IMG/VR virus record: IMGVR_UViG_3300018017_000005
Location: 1 to 59,887 of that record
From: a virus
Taxonomy: Duplodnaviria > Caudoviricetes
Direction: 5' to 3' (one strand)
DNA: 59,887 nt
Shown: positions 9,715 to 18,398 of the stretch, in pieces
Layout: every line of letters begins with the position of its first letter
How positions within the stretch are numbered: position 1 is the first letter of the stretch
The notes under the pieces: generated by a model
What the model saw: only the letters and a program-made list of their open reading frames with translations
The model's database searches: none
Told to the model about the DNA's origin: nothing
Made by a program: the position numbers and the translations under genes

Positions 9715-11769
9715 CTACCTTTTCTTTAGCTTATAAAACGCGCTTACTCTTGGCGCTATAGTACCAATATGCTTCTTATCACTAGGTGTGAATACAGTAA
9801 CTGTGGGCGTTACTCCGTGCAAGACAGCAATGAGAGGGTTAGCCCTTACATCTACTCTGCTACCTACCGCTGCGCCAATTACTGTACTTGGCGCTTGCTT
9901 TTTCGCTAGTGCAGCTACGCATACTTTTGGTGCTGGCGCATAGCTGTATAAAGGTGGAGCTGCCGGACCTGATAAAGGTGGAGCTGCCGGACCTGGTAAA
10001 ACCTCCGCATCAAACCGTAGCAACGCCGACTGCCGTATAACCAAGTCAGCAGGGCAAAGCACGTATTCGTATTGTCCCCGAGTCAGCGCAGCATGAAAAA
10101 TGGGTGCATCCTGCACCACGCTTATTTCTTCAGACGCGCTTCGGCTATACCCTACACTAAGCCAATTGCTATCGTTTAAGCTGTAAACCGCATCTTGTAA
10201 ACTACGCCATACTTGCAGCAAGTTGCTAACAATGTCGTTAGGCGCACAGGTGCACTCGCCAATATTTATTGCTAAAACAAGCAGTCTGTCTATTGAATCA
10301 ACTTGCGCATACAAGTATTCCGTACCTATACGTACTAAACCGGTACACCGCGTAATAAAATCTGTAGGCGCACTCAGGTACTCCAGTCCAACACGTGTAC
10401 GCGAAAGCATGCGCTGTTGAGTATCCACTAGCGCGTCGATGGTTTCTACCACGTTTCTGTACAACGAGCGCTGCTCATACTCAAAATCAGTCGCAGCGCC
10501 TACAGTGTCATAAATAGCTCTATACTCATTGCAGGCTCTAGCAGCTACATCGGCTATTGGTGCAAGTGGCTCTGATGCTGCGCGTGTACCGGCTACTACA
10601 CGTACAGCCACGTCTGACACCGCCATCAACGCTTCCGTCAAAACTCGCAGGCCATAAAACACACGAGCTGTAACATCCATAATGGCTGCCACGGATTCCG
10701 TCGCGTACACGTGAAGCACCCGTTGCAGCAGAGAGAAATCCGAGAGTACGCTAAGGCTTTCAGGCAAATAACGATGCAAAACTTGTGCATGCGCCGCCAC
10801 GTCACTTGGTAAGAGCGTGGTCTCGTAAAAGCTCCTACCGAGCGTAGTTGCTCGTATAAAAGCATCTGTAGTAGCAGCTACACTCTCAGGCTCACCCCTA
10901 ATATGCGTAGCTGTACGCCCAAGAGAGTCTGTAGGCGCAAGCACATTCTCAGAGTATCCCCTAGTCAATACCTGTGTTCTGCTAAATGCGTCTATTACCG
11001 CACTTGTACTTTCAGAAAAACCGCGGTGTAGAACCTGAACTTTAACCAAGCCATCCGTTACCGCAGATACTGATTCAGCAAGTGTACGGGTAAGTATCTG
11101 TGCACGCGATGAGGAATCTGCAGTGGCCGTGACTGTTTCTGCACCAGCTCGATACAAGCCACGTGCGCTGCTAGGTGCGTCTATAAACGAAGACATCGTT
11201 TCACTGACCGCGTTGATTAATACCTGGGTACGCCCAACGGAGTCGATCAATACCAATATAGACTCCGCGGCACCACACTGCAGCGCTTGGGTACGCGTAG
11301 GAACATCCGTAGGTGCCAGCGCTGTCTCGCTAGTACTATTTGGTATCGTTACCGCACGCAACACAGAATCAGTAAACGCACTTACAGCTTCTGTACCACC
11401 GCGCGCGAGTGTACTTACTCGTACCGGCGCGTCTGTTAGCCCAATTGCACTTTCTGCAGCATTGCGAGATTCTGCCGCAACACGCGTTGGAGTATCAACA
11501 GGAATAAAAACCGTATCTGCTGCATTTCGCCCCAGTGCATCTACTCGAGTAGCTGCATCCGTTAGAATGCTGACGCTATCGTTTGAACCACGAAGTAGCG
11601 TCTGTGCTATGGCAGGTGCAGCTGTAGGCGCACTTACGTTTTCGCTACTTCCTTTAGAAAGCTTAAGAATAAACGGTTCATCAATATCGAACCAAATAGG
11701 CGCGGATAAATCCTTGTCAAACCAGCCGAGAGGTCGCGCATCCGCTTCGAACGTAGCTAGGTTTGCCAC
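9715..11769 (-). CDS. Fibre-associated repeat protein (684 aa) with 26 tandem 21-aa repeats
   Basis: Residues 39-584 parse into ungapped 21-mers with consensus R-x3-[ED]-x6-D-x3-R-x5. Lies downstream of fibre-like genes. Confidence 0.75.
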   Translation of the reverse strand: MANLATFEADARPLGWFDKDLSAPIWFDIDEPFILKLSKGSSENVSAPTAAPAIAQTLLRGSNDSVSILTDAATRVDALGRNAADTVFIPVDTPTRVAAESRNAAESAIGLTDAPVRVSTLARGGTEAVSAFTDSVLRAVTIPNSTSETALAPTDVPTRTQALQCGAAESILVLIDSVGRTQVLINAVSETMSSFIDAPSSARGLYRAGAETVTATADSSSRAQILTRTLAESVSAVTDGLVKVQVLHRGFSESTSAVIDAFSRTQVLTRGYSENVLAPTDSLGRTATHIRGEPESVAATTDAFIRATTLGRSFYETTLLPSDVAAHAQVLHRYLPESLSVLSDFSLLQRVLHVYATESVAAIMDVTARVFYGLRVLTEALMAVSDVAVRVVAGTRAASEPLAPIADVAARACNEYRAIYDTVGAATDFEYEQRSLYRNVVETIDALVDTQQRMLSRTRVGLEYLSAPTDFITRCTGLVRIGTEYLYAQVDSIDRLLVLAINIGECTCAPNDIVSNLLQVWRSLQDAVYSLNDSNWLSVGYSRSASEEISVVQDAPIFHAALTRGQYEYVLCPADLVIRQSALLRFDAEVLPGPAAPPLSGPAAPPLYSYAPAPKVCVAALAKKQAPSTVIGAAVGSRVDVRANPLIAVLHGVTPTVTVFTPSDKKHIGTIAPRVSAFYKLKKR
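9948..9995. repeat. Perfect 24-bp tandem duplication (ATAAAGGTGGAGCTGCCGGACCTG x2)
   Basis: Read directly from the sequence. It is in frame and gives GPAAPPL twice in the 684-aa protein. Confidence 0.95.
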
Positions 11770-11779
11770 GAGCTAAACC

Positions 11780-12811
11780 CTAACTGTACTGATCAACAAT
11801 CCAACATCCAGCAGATCCATTACCGCCAGTACGCACAGCAGACGCACCAGTAAACGCGCCGCTGCCGCCTGCTCCATACCCTGTTGCATTATTTCCATTA
11901 CCGACAGCGTTAATACCCAACCCACCCGCACCAAGTGGGCTTGATCCACCATTACCGCTGACTCCAATAGGCGTAGCAACAACCAACGTTACACCAGGGT
12001 AACCAGGATATCCTGCTATATTCACGTCACCGTTTGTAGATACAGCGCCACCAGCGCCGCCTAGATACGAAATAAGCGTCGTAACCGCAGTTGCTACAGG
12101 AGCACCCACGCCACCGTTCGCTGTATACGTAGTCACGCCAACAACAAAGGTGCTATTCGTGCCGTTGCCACCAAGTGCACCGCTAGCCCCAGCTCCTGCT
12201 GGACCGCACGTGTACGCATAAGAAGTATTAGGAGATACAGCAACAGTCTTTTCTATGTAGCTTCCAGCGCCACCTCCGCCACCGGCAGCAGCCGCAGATG
12301 CCAAAGAAGTGCATCCAGCACCACCTGCTCCGCCACCTACACCGCGAATACGGATTGTGCTGCAACTACCCGTCGTAGTGAAATTTCCAGAAGCCGAAGT
12401 AAGCAACGTGCTGCCAAGGTATCGACCGGTAAGCGGTGTCTGTATCTTACCGCCACTAGAATCATAAAGAGACCAATCAACGCCCTCTTCATAACTAAAC
12501 GTGTAGCTCGGCTGTAACGCAAATGAGAATAGTGGCTCAACGTTTGTGCCATCCGTATGCTGAAGCGTGATAACGTTCGAGGATGCCCCACCGTTACGAA
12601 CAGTAATTTTCTTTACGTTGGTATACGTGCTCGATGCCACCGCAGGTGTAATCTGCGTCGTTGTAGCCGTCGAGATTGTAGCTGTATTTTGATACTCTGG
12701 CGTTACAGTAGTGCCGCTAATGCTTACGCATGAGACATGCGCATTGATCGTCCCGGCCGACCCGGTAATCAGATTTATGAGCGATCCGGTTGTACAAAGC
12801 AGATATCCCAT
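11780..12811 (-). CDS. Glycine-rich tail-fibre-like protein (343 aa)
   Basis: Gly-rich C-terminal domain (GGGAGGAG, GGGGGAGSY, GYGAGGSGA, GGNGSAG-CWIV) typical of phage fibre tips; Thr/Ser-rich beta N-terminus. Confidence 0.7.
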   Translation of the reverse strand: MGYLLCTTGSLINLITGSAGTINAHVSCVSISGTTVTPEYQNTATISTATTTQITPAVASSTYTNVKKITVRNGGASSNVITLQHTDGTNVEPLFSFALQPSYTFSYEEGVDWSLYDSSGGKIQTPLTGRYLGSTLLTSASGNFTTTGSCSTIRIRGVGGGAGGAGCTSLASAAAAGGGGGAGSYIEKTVAVSPNTSYAYTCGPAGAGASGALGGNGTNSTFVVGVTTYTANGGVGAPVATAVTTLISYLGGAGGAVSTNGDVNIAGYPGYPGVTLVVATPIGVSGNGGSSPLGAGGLGINAVGNGNNATGYGAGGSGAFTGASAVRTGGNGSAGCWIVDQYS

Positions 12812-12821
12812 GTCTGCTTAG

Positions 12822-13670
12822 CTAGTTGATTGTGATAGTGATCGTCTGCGCAACGGTATCCCCTGCCGCCAGCACTGCGTTAGGCGACTCGCTCGATTCG
12901 AATGGCATAACCCCAAGGTTAATAACCGCTGAGCTGAATTCAGCTTCCTCAGCTACAGTTGCAGAACCTGTAGCTGTAAACGTATGTGTCAGCGTGAACG
13001 TTGTTGCATTGAGCGCGTGACTCCAAGAACCAATAGCTCTTGTAAGTCCGCTGCCAGAAAACTCTGAGTTAAGCGTCGTATCTGATGTGGCTGGAGCTCC
13101 GACGTTCGAAGACAGAGCAAGAAACGCAGCAGGCCCTTGAACAAAAAGGATCTGATACGAGCACGTACCGTTCGGTGGTGTTCCTACCGCGGCACCCGTT
13201 GCGCTAGCTGGGTTGTACCACTGATCAATCGTCAAAACAGTTGCGGTGTTCGAGGTAATGTATCCCCAGGCTACAGCTCCCGCACCACTGCTGTTAGGTC
13301 CTGCTGCAACAATGCAACCGGAAAGGCCAAGACCGGTGGTGGGGAACGCAGCACCCGTATTTGTAAGAGACGAGGCAGAAGTCGATGTAGCGTTACCTGT
13401 TGCGGTGGCAAATGCCGCAGCAAGACCATTACCCATCGCTGCAGCTTCCCACTGGCGCCTACCCGTATACCCAGCTGCTGCGTCTGTTGTAAGATTATGG
13501 ATCCAAGGGGACTCTTCGACCGTGCCATCCCTGCGGTAGATCGTGTAAGACACATGAGAGTGAATAGACGGGCCTCTGGCAGCTTGTCTAGAAGCTCGCT
13601 CGATAGCCTGCTCAAGTGTCATATGCCCTCGCCGAGAACGACGGGCGCTTACTCGTCGAGCGTTGCTCAT
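12822..13670 (-). CDS. Fibre/tail-associated beta-rich protein (282 aa)
   Basis: Thr/Ala/Gly-rich. C-terminal motifs PATSDTTLNSE and GDTVAQTITITI resemble phage fibre/collar-type structural proteins. Confidence 0.6.
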   Translation of the reverse strand: MSNARRVSARRSRRGHMTLEQAIERASRQAARGPSIHSHVSYTIYRRDGTVEESPWIHNLTTDAAAGYTGRRQWEAAAMGNGLAAAFATATGNATSTSASSLTNTGAAFPTTGLGLSGCIVAAGPNSSGAGAVAWGYITSNTATVLTIDQWYNPASATGAAVGTPPNGTCSYQILFVQGPAAFLALSSNVGAPATSDTTLNSEFSGSGLTRAIGSWSHALNATTFTLTHTFTATGSATVAEEAEFSSAVINLGVMPFESSESPNAVLAAGDTVAQTITITIN

Positions 13671-14173
13671 GACGCCACCTTATCCTTAAGCCCAAGCTTT
13701 GCGCGCACGGTAGCCGTAGTGTCTTCTACTGTTCTATACGCCTCTACAAGTTGCTCAGCGTGCTCTTCTAGGATGCTTCCAGCTGAAATATGGTCTGCGA
13801 TCTTTGCACGAAACGCAGCCTCTTCCAGGTATGGGTCATCGTGCACGCTAGCATCAGTAACCCAATTTACTTTGACCTGAAGGTCCACATGAGTAGGTAG
13901 AATTACACGATGCAACGCGCGTGCAGCTGCTTGGGACCTTGTAAGCATTTCGAAATCATGGAGGTGTGCATCAATAATATGCTCCATAATCATGAGCTCA
14001 GAAATTGTACCGATCACCGACGTCGGGCCAGGCTGAGGCACACGCATCAGATACCCACCGCCTTGCTTGTTGGGTTTAACAACTTTTTGCTTGATATGCG
14101 CAGGCGTCACCGTAACTTCGGGTGGTACGGGTTTCCAATCATAAAAATGGGAAACTTTGATCTCGAAGTGCAT
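13667..14173 (-). CDS. Hypothetical protein (168 aa)
   Basis: AGGA/GAGG upstream; 4-nt overlap with the next gene. Confidence 0.65.
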   Translation of the reverse strand: MHFEIKVSHFYDWKPVPPEVTVTPAHIKQKVVKPNKQGGGYLMRVPQPGPTSVIGTISELMIMEHIIDAHLHDFEMLTRSQAAARALHRVILPTHVDLQVKVNWVTDASVHDDPYLEEAAFRAKIADHISAGSILEEHAEQLVEAYRTVEDTTATVRAKLGLKDKVAS

Positions 14174-14202
14174 ATTACTATCCTTTTACCTCATGCAAAG
14201 TG

Positions 14203-16497
14203 TCAAGAACCTTGGAAACCAAGTATCTTAAGTCCTTCAATCACCTCTTCTGTAGAACGTACAGCCCGCTCTAGCGCCGACTGAGGAACATTAGAAAGAC
14301 CCAAACGTACTGCGAACAAAAGCTCGCACATTTTGGTCTGCACATCCTCGATGTCGGGCAGATAACTGATGAAAGTCATGATGTTCTCGGGATTGATAAA
14401 TCCCAAGGACAGCACGGTATCTACCATCTGAGGATCTGGGAAGCTGGCGGCCTCTTTGAGTAGCAATGGCTGCTTAAACCCTGCTACAGATTCCACGATA
14501 CCAGCAGCTTTTTCTAGCGCTTTCTCCAACAAGTCTTTCTTGAGCTCGATCACACGCGCAATCTTTATCAGACTGGGCTGCTTGAGCGCGATTGCCTCCG
14601 CCAACTTTTTGGTTCCGTACTCCAGCTCAACGCCAAGCCCGGCCAGCAAGAACAGTGTGTCATCCAATGACAAAAAGCTCTTCTGTTCCGTAGCTAGCTT
14701 CATAAGGGGCACGCCGCGCAGCGTGAACGAATCTCCATCCGATATCACTTCGACCTGCGCTAACTTGTTCTCCATATTTGCGGATTGCGCTTCTTCGCTA
14801 CTAAGCAACGCAATATGATCCGCACCGTCCAATGGAAGCCATTTCCAAGTAGCTGGAATGAGCAGCTTCCCTTCTTCCGCTGGAGTCACGTCGACTATGT
14901 TGGGTTGTACAGAGACCTCAACAGGCTCACCCGAAAATGAAGTGCCACTGTAAGTACGAGGTTGCCCCTCTTGAGACACAGAGTCCTGCAGGTCGAAGGG
15001 CACCGTCATGCGAACGCCACCCTCTGCTTCCGTGTAGAACGCTCCGTGCTTCCCAATAGGCCCTGAGGGTAGACTGACGCTGCCAGAGCCCGCGGGGACG
15101 CCGTGGATGTCGCTCTGCACCGCTACTGCGCTGCCATTGGTGAACAGAGCAATAGGTACCTCGTTACCACTGACGTCGATAAGAGAGGGCACGACATACC
15201 CAATCAACTCCTTACCTTCTGTGTCCATAACCTTGTAGACACCAGGCTTTACCACTGCCTCCGCTACAGACGCCTCCCCATCCGCGGCCTTAACAAGACC
15301 CTGTGCGAAAGTGCAGCTCCCGGTAAGATCCGCCTGCATGGCTACTTTAGCGCCGTACCTGCGCACCACATCGCCGCGATCTGCTATTACTTCTTTAGGC
15401 GACCAGTACCTATAACTGGCGGTCTTAATCGTATATCCGCTTGCTGTCTTTTGTACTTGAGCCACGTCGGGCTTAAGCCAATTTTCCCAGGTAGCGTGAT
15501 CAAGCGAGTCTTTAGGCCGCTCCATGAGCAAAGACAGCGCAGTGTGAAAGCGCGAGGAGGCAACCTTAGGACGACTGTAAAGAACGTCGGCGTCTTGAAT
15601 CACGGCATCCTCAATACGAGAGCCGTCATCCACACTTAGTGTAGGAAGAATTACCTCCAGGATGGATGCCTTCTTGACCTTATCCCTTACAGAAGGAATT
15701 GAAGATCGAGCTGCTAGCCCAGGATATTTCTTTGCTACCGCAGCATGAACTTTTGCCTGTTCTTCAGGATTTCCATGCTTTGCAACCATAGACAAAGCTG
15801 CCCTAGCATGGAACTCATCGTGAATAGGATACGATCCTGTCCCACCAGGGCCATTACCCTTAGGAATAGCAAAATTCTTGGGCTTGATCTTTTCGCGCCC
15901 AGCTTGAGTAAGTACAGCCGCATTTTTCTCAGGATCTAAATACTCCTCAAGTGCCGAACCGACCTTACCGATGCCCATGCCACCTGCGGCATTCATTGCG
16001 ATACCACCACCGCCGAAGCCATAATTCTGACGGTACGGCGGATAGAGCTGCCCTATCATGCTCTGATCGCCTGGAGTACGGCTAGTCACATCAAAGGCCT
16101 GTGGCCGAAAAAGCGCTTGGCGTAGACGGTTCTCCGTGAGAGGAATCGTCGCACCGGTATCGTTGATCAAAAGATCGAATGGACTGAGCTTCTTCTCGCG
16201 AATTACGAATGGAATGCGGACGGTACGGATGCCCGCTGCTTCAAGTTGCTCCTCAGGCGTGTCCATAGGAGCTTCTGTCTGATTCTTGATCTCAACGTGC
16301 CCCAAACCGTAACCGCGCTCGGCATCTACGCGAGCCATCACGACATGCGGCTGATAGTCCGTAATGTAAGGTACTTGTTTGTACAACTCTTGAAGAATGT
16401 TCTCCGGCCACTGATTAGGGTCGTCGGGGAGATCGACTTCGCCCGCTGTTTTCTCAAAGAATGCAATGGGCTCGTAGAAGAGGGGTTGTACAGTCAT
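14203..16497 (-). CDS. Large head/core protein (764 aa) with an internal DUF6582-like module
   Basis: About 14 K-x-A motifs. Internal module NFAIP...SYPIHDEFHARAAL resembles DUF6582 (recognised by eye). Confidence 0.75.
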   Translation of the reverse strand: MTVQPLFYEPIAFFEKTAGEVDLPDDPNQWPENILQELYKQVPYITDYQPHVVMARVDAERGYGLGHVEIKNQTEAPMDTPEEQLEAAGIRTVRIPFVIREKKLSPFDLLINDTGATIPLTENRLRQALFRPQAFDVTSRTPGDQSMIGQLYPPYRQNYGFGGGGIAMNAAGGMGIGKVGSALEEYLDPEKNAAVLTQAGREKIKPKNFAIPKGNGPGGTGSYPIHDEFHARAALSMVAKHGNPEEQAKVHAAVAKKYPGLAARSSIPSVRDKVKKASILEVILPTLSVDDGSRIEDAVIQDADVLYSRPKVASSRFHTALSLLMERPKDSLDHATWENWLKPDVAQVQKTASGYTIKTASYRYWSPKEVIADRGDVVRRYGAKVAMQADLTGSCTFAQGLVKAADGEASVAEAVVKPGVYKVMDTEGKELIGYVVPSLIDVSGNEVPIALFTNGSAVAVQSDIHGVPAGSGSVSLPSGPIGKHGAFYTEAEGGVRMTVPFDLQDSVSQEGQPRTYSGTSFSGEPVEVSVQPNIVDVTPAEEGKLLIPATWKWLPLDGADHIALLSSEEAQSANMENKLAQVEVISDGDSFTLRGVPLMKLATEQKSFLSLDDTLFLLAGLGVELEYGTKKLAEAIALKQPSLIKIARVIELKKDLLEKALEKAAGIVESVAGFKQPLLLKEAASFPDPQMVDTVLSLGFINPENIMTFISYLPDIEDVQTKMCELLFAVRLGLSNVPQSALERAVRSTEEVIEGLKILGFQGS

Positions 16498-16499
16498 GT

Positions 16500-17129
16500 T
16501 TACACCGAAAAGAGTACATCGAATGCAGCTGAAGCCGAAGGTTCGGGGCTTAGCATTACGATACCGAGCACGGTGTCCGTGGGCAAAACTACGTTTGCGC
16601 CATCAACCAATCCGGTAGAAAATAACCCGGCGATCTCATCGCCTGTAGCTGCCAGCGTGTCACTGTCAAACGTGAACGCAAATACCGACGCATTCATGGC
16701 TGCGGTCAATGAAGCTATAGCAGCTAGTGCTGGAATCTTTACGGCTAGCGCTAGCTGAATTGCTTGTTGCAAGGCACCGAGCTGAACAGATAATGTACCT
16801 TGCAGCGCCATAGACGCACTAAGCTGTGCGCTAATTTGAACGGAGGGAATGGGAAATGCTAACGCAGCAGACAGCGCTACTTGAATCGAAGCTAACGACG
16901 CTAAGAGTGCTTCAAGCGCCGCGAACGGGTCCCCTACCTGGATAGCCAAGCTAGCCGACGCAGCAAGAGCCGCATTGAGCTGAAGCCCTATATCTAGCTG
17001 AAGTGGACCAAGCCCAGCGGCTATAAGGGCGTCAATCTGCCCGGCCGCTGGAATCAAAGCGTTAACACCCAAGGCTAAGCCTACGTTAAAACCGCCTAGT
17101 GTACCGCTCTTTACTTGGTGCAGAGGCAC
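16500..17129 (-). CDS. Hydrophobic Ala/Leu-rich protein (209 aa), baseplate-adjacent
   Basis: GTG start directly after the spike gene; almost no charged residues over long helices. Confidence 0.65.
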   Translation of the reverse strand: MPLHQVKSGTLGGFNVGLALGVNALIPAAGQIDALIAAGLGPLQLDIGLQLNAALAASASLAIQVGDPFAALEALLASLASIQVALSAALAFPIPSVQISAQLSASMALQGTLSVQLGALQQAIQLALAVKIPALAAIASLTAAMNASVFAFTFDSDTLAATGDEIAGLFSTGLVDGANVVLPTDTVLGIVMLSPEPSASAAFDVLFSV

Positions 17130-17132
17130 TGG

Positions 17133-18398
17133 TTACGGGCCCGGTACAAGAACTGTGTTACTACCATCTGCAACAAATCCAGTCATCATCGCTCCTGACA
17201 AGATTGTACCAGCACCCACTGTAGTCATAATTGGCACAGGGGTTGAAATTAGGATACTGACGGCAGAACCGACGCAGGCAACAGGAGCAGAACCACCATT
17301 AATCGCTACGGCACCGCTACCACCACCCAACTGAAGACCGCTTGCGCCGTTAATCGACACACCCTGAGCTGCATTAATTGTCAATGACTGCTTTGTTGTC
17401 AGAGTGATCCCTTGGTCAGCCGTTATCTGAAGCTTTTGCTTTATACGGATATTAACGCTTGCTTCTGAGCGAAGAAAGCCGGCTCCGGTGCTGTCGAAGA
17501 ACATCTTCAGCTTAGTCAAATTAGCAATACCATCTACAGGAGAGCCTGCTTCCGCATTAAAACCTGCGGGAGCGATTACAAACTCAGCGACGATAGGACC
17601 ATTTGTCCCAATGTTCAAGCTGGCATTTGTAGAGGCCTCTCCAGCATCTCCTGAGGGCTCGGGAACAGGTTGATGCACCTGTCCGATGGCTACTCGAAGA
17701 GTTGCTTGGTCGTCGTTGGCGAATAATCGAAAAGTTTGACGAAATTCGGTCTGAGGATTTGTATCCGTAAAACTTGTGGACAATCCCCAGTTAATAGACC
17801 CGCCGGTATTGTGGTGCTCATAGTTCTGGCTAATGTCTGTGATTATGTTGCCAAGGGGTATGTAAATACGCTGGGCTAGCTGCGTTGAGCCGACTTGAAG
17901 GACACCGCCACGGTGCATGATGACAAAGTTGCCATCGCGCCCCTGCCAGACCATATCTCCTGGCTTACCGCGAGTACGCCCACCAGCAAATACGGCTCCC
18001 TGATTCGTGCCCGTTGTATCAGCCGCTTGCTCTGCCGCGGTGCTTGTGGATGGATCTTCTGGGATCTCCATCGGCATAATAAACGCCAGCACAAAAGGCG
18101 GTGGGCCATCGCTTGGGATGCACACGAGACACTTCGCGTTAACTTCTGGTAGGCAGTACCAGCCCTCACCACGATTTGAGTGTAGGTATGGCCCTGCTAC
18201 TTGAATATTTGGATAGTATTTCTGGTCAAACTGAGAGCGCACATCGACAGTCCACGTTTGCAGATTAATGTCGATTACCCTCGCCTCATGAATGAACGCA
18301 GGACCGCCGCCATGCGGCTGCGTCCAGGACGTCCGCATACTGGTACGCTCGAGAGGCGTCGGCGTTGGCGTATGCGGATCTGTAATATAGCGAGACAT
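17133..18398 (-). CDS. Baseplate central spike (gp5/gpV/VgrG-like) with PAAR-like C-terminus
   Basis: N-terminal OB-fold motifs (ARVIDIN..TWTVDV, GWYCLPEVNAKCLV), beta-helix-like repeats (LQITADQGITLTT, INAAQGVSINGA) and C-terminal INGGSAPVACVG...ADGSNTVLV. Confidence 0.7.
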   Translation of the reverse strand: MSRYITDPHTPTPTPLERTSMRTSWTQPHGGGPAFIHEARVIDINLQTWTVDVRSQFDQKYYPNIQVAGPYLHSNRGEGWYCLPEVNAKCLVCIPSDGPPPFVLAFIMPMEIPEDPSTSTAAEQAADTTGTNQGAVFAGGRTRGKPGDMVWQGRDGNFVIMHRGGVLQVGSTQLAQRIYIPLGNIITDISQNYEHHNTGGSINWGLSTSFTDTNPQTEFRQTFRLFANDDQATLRVAIGQVHQPVPEPSGDAGEASTNASLNIGTNGPIVAEFVIAPAGFNAEAGSPVDGIANLTKLKMFFDSTGAGFLRSEASVNIRIKQKLQITADQGITLTTKQSLTINAAQGVSINGASGLQLGGGSGAVAINGGSAPVACVGSAVSILISTPVPIMTTVGAGTILSGAMMTGFVADGSNTVLVPGP

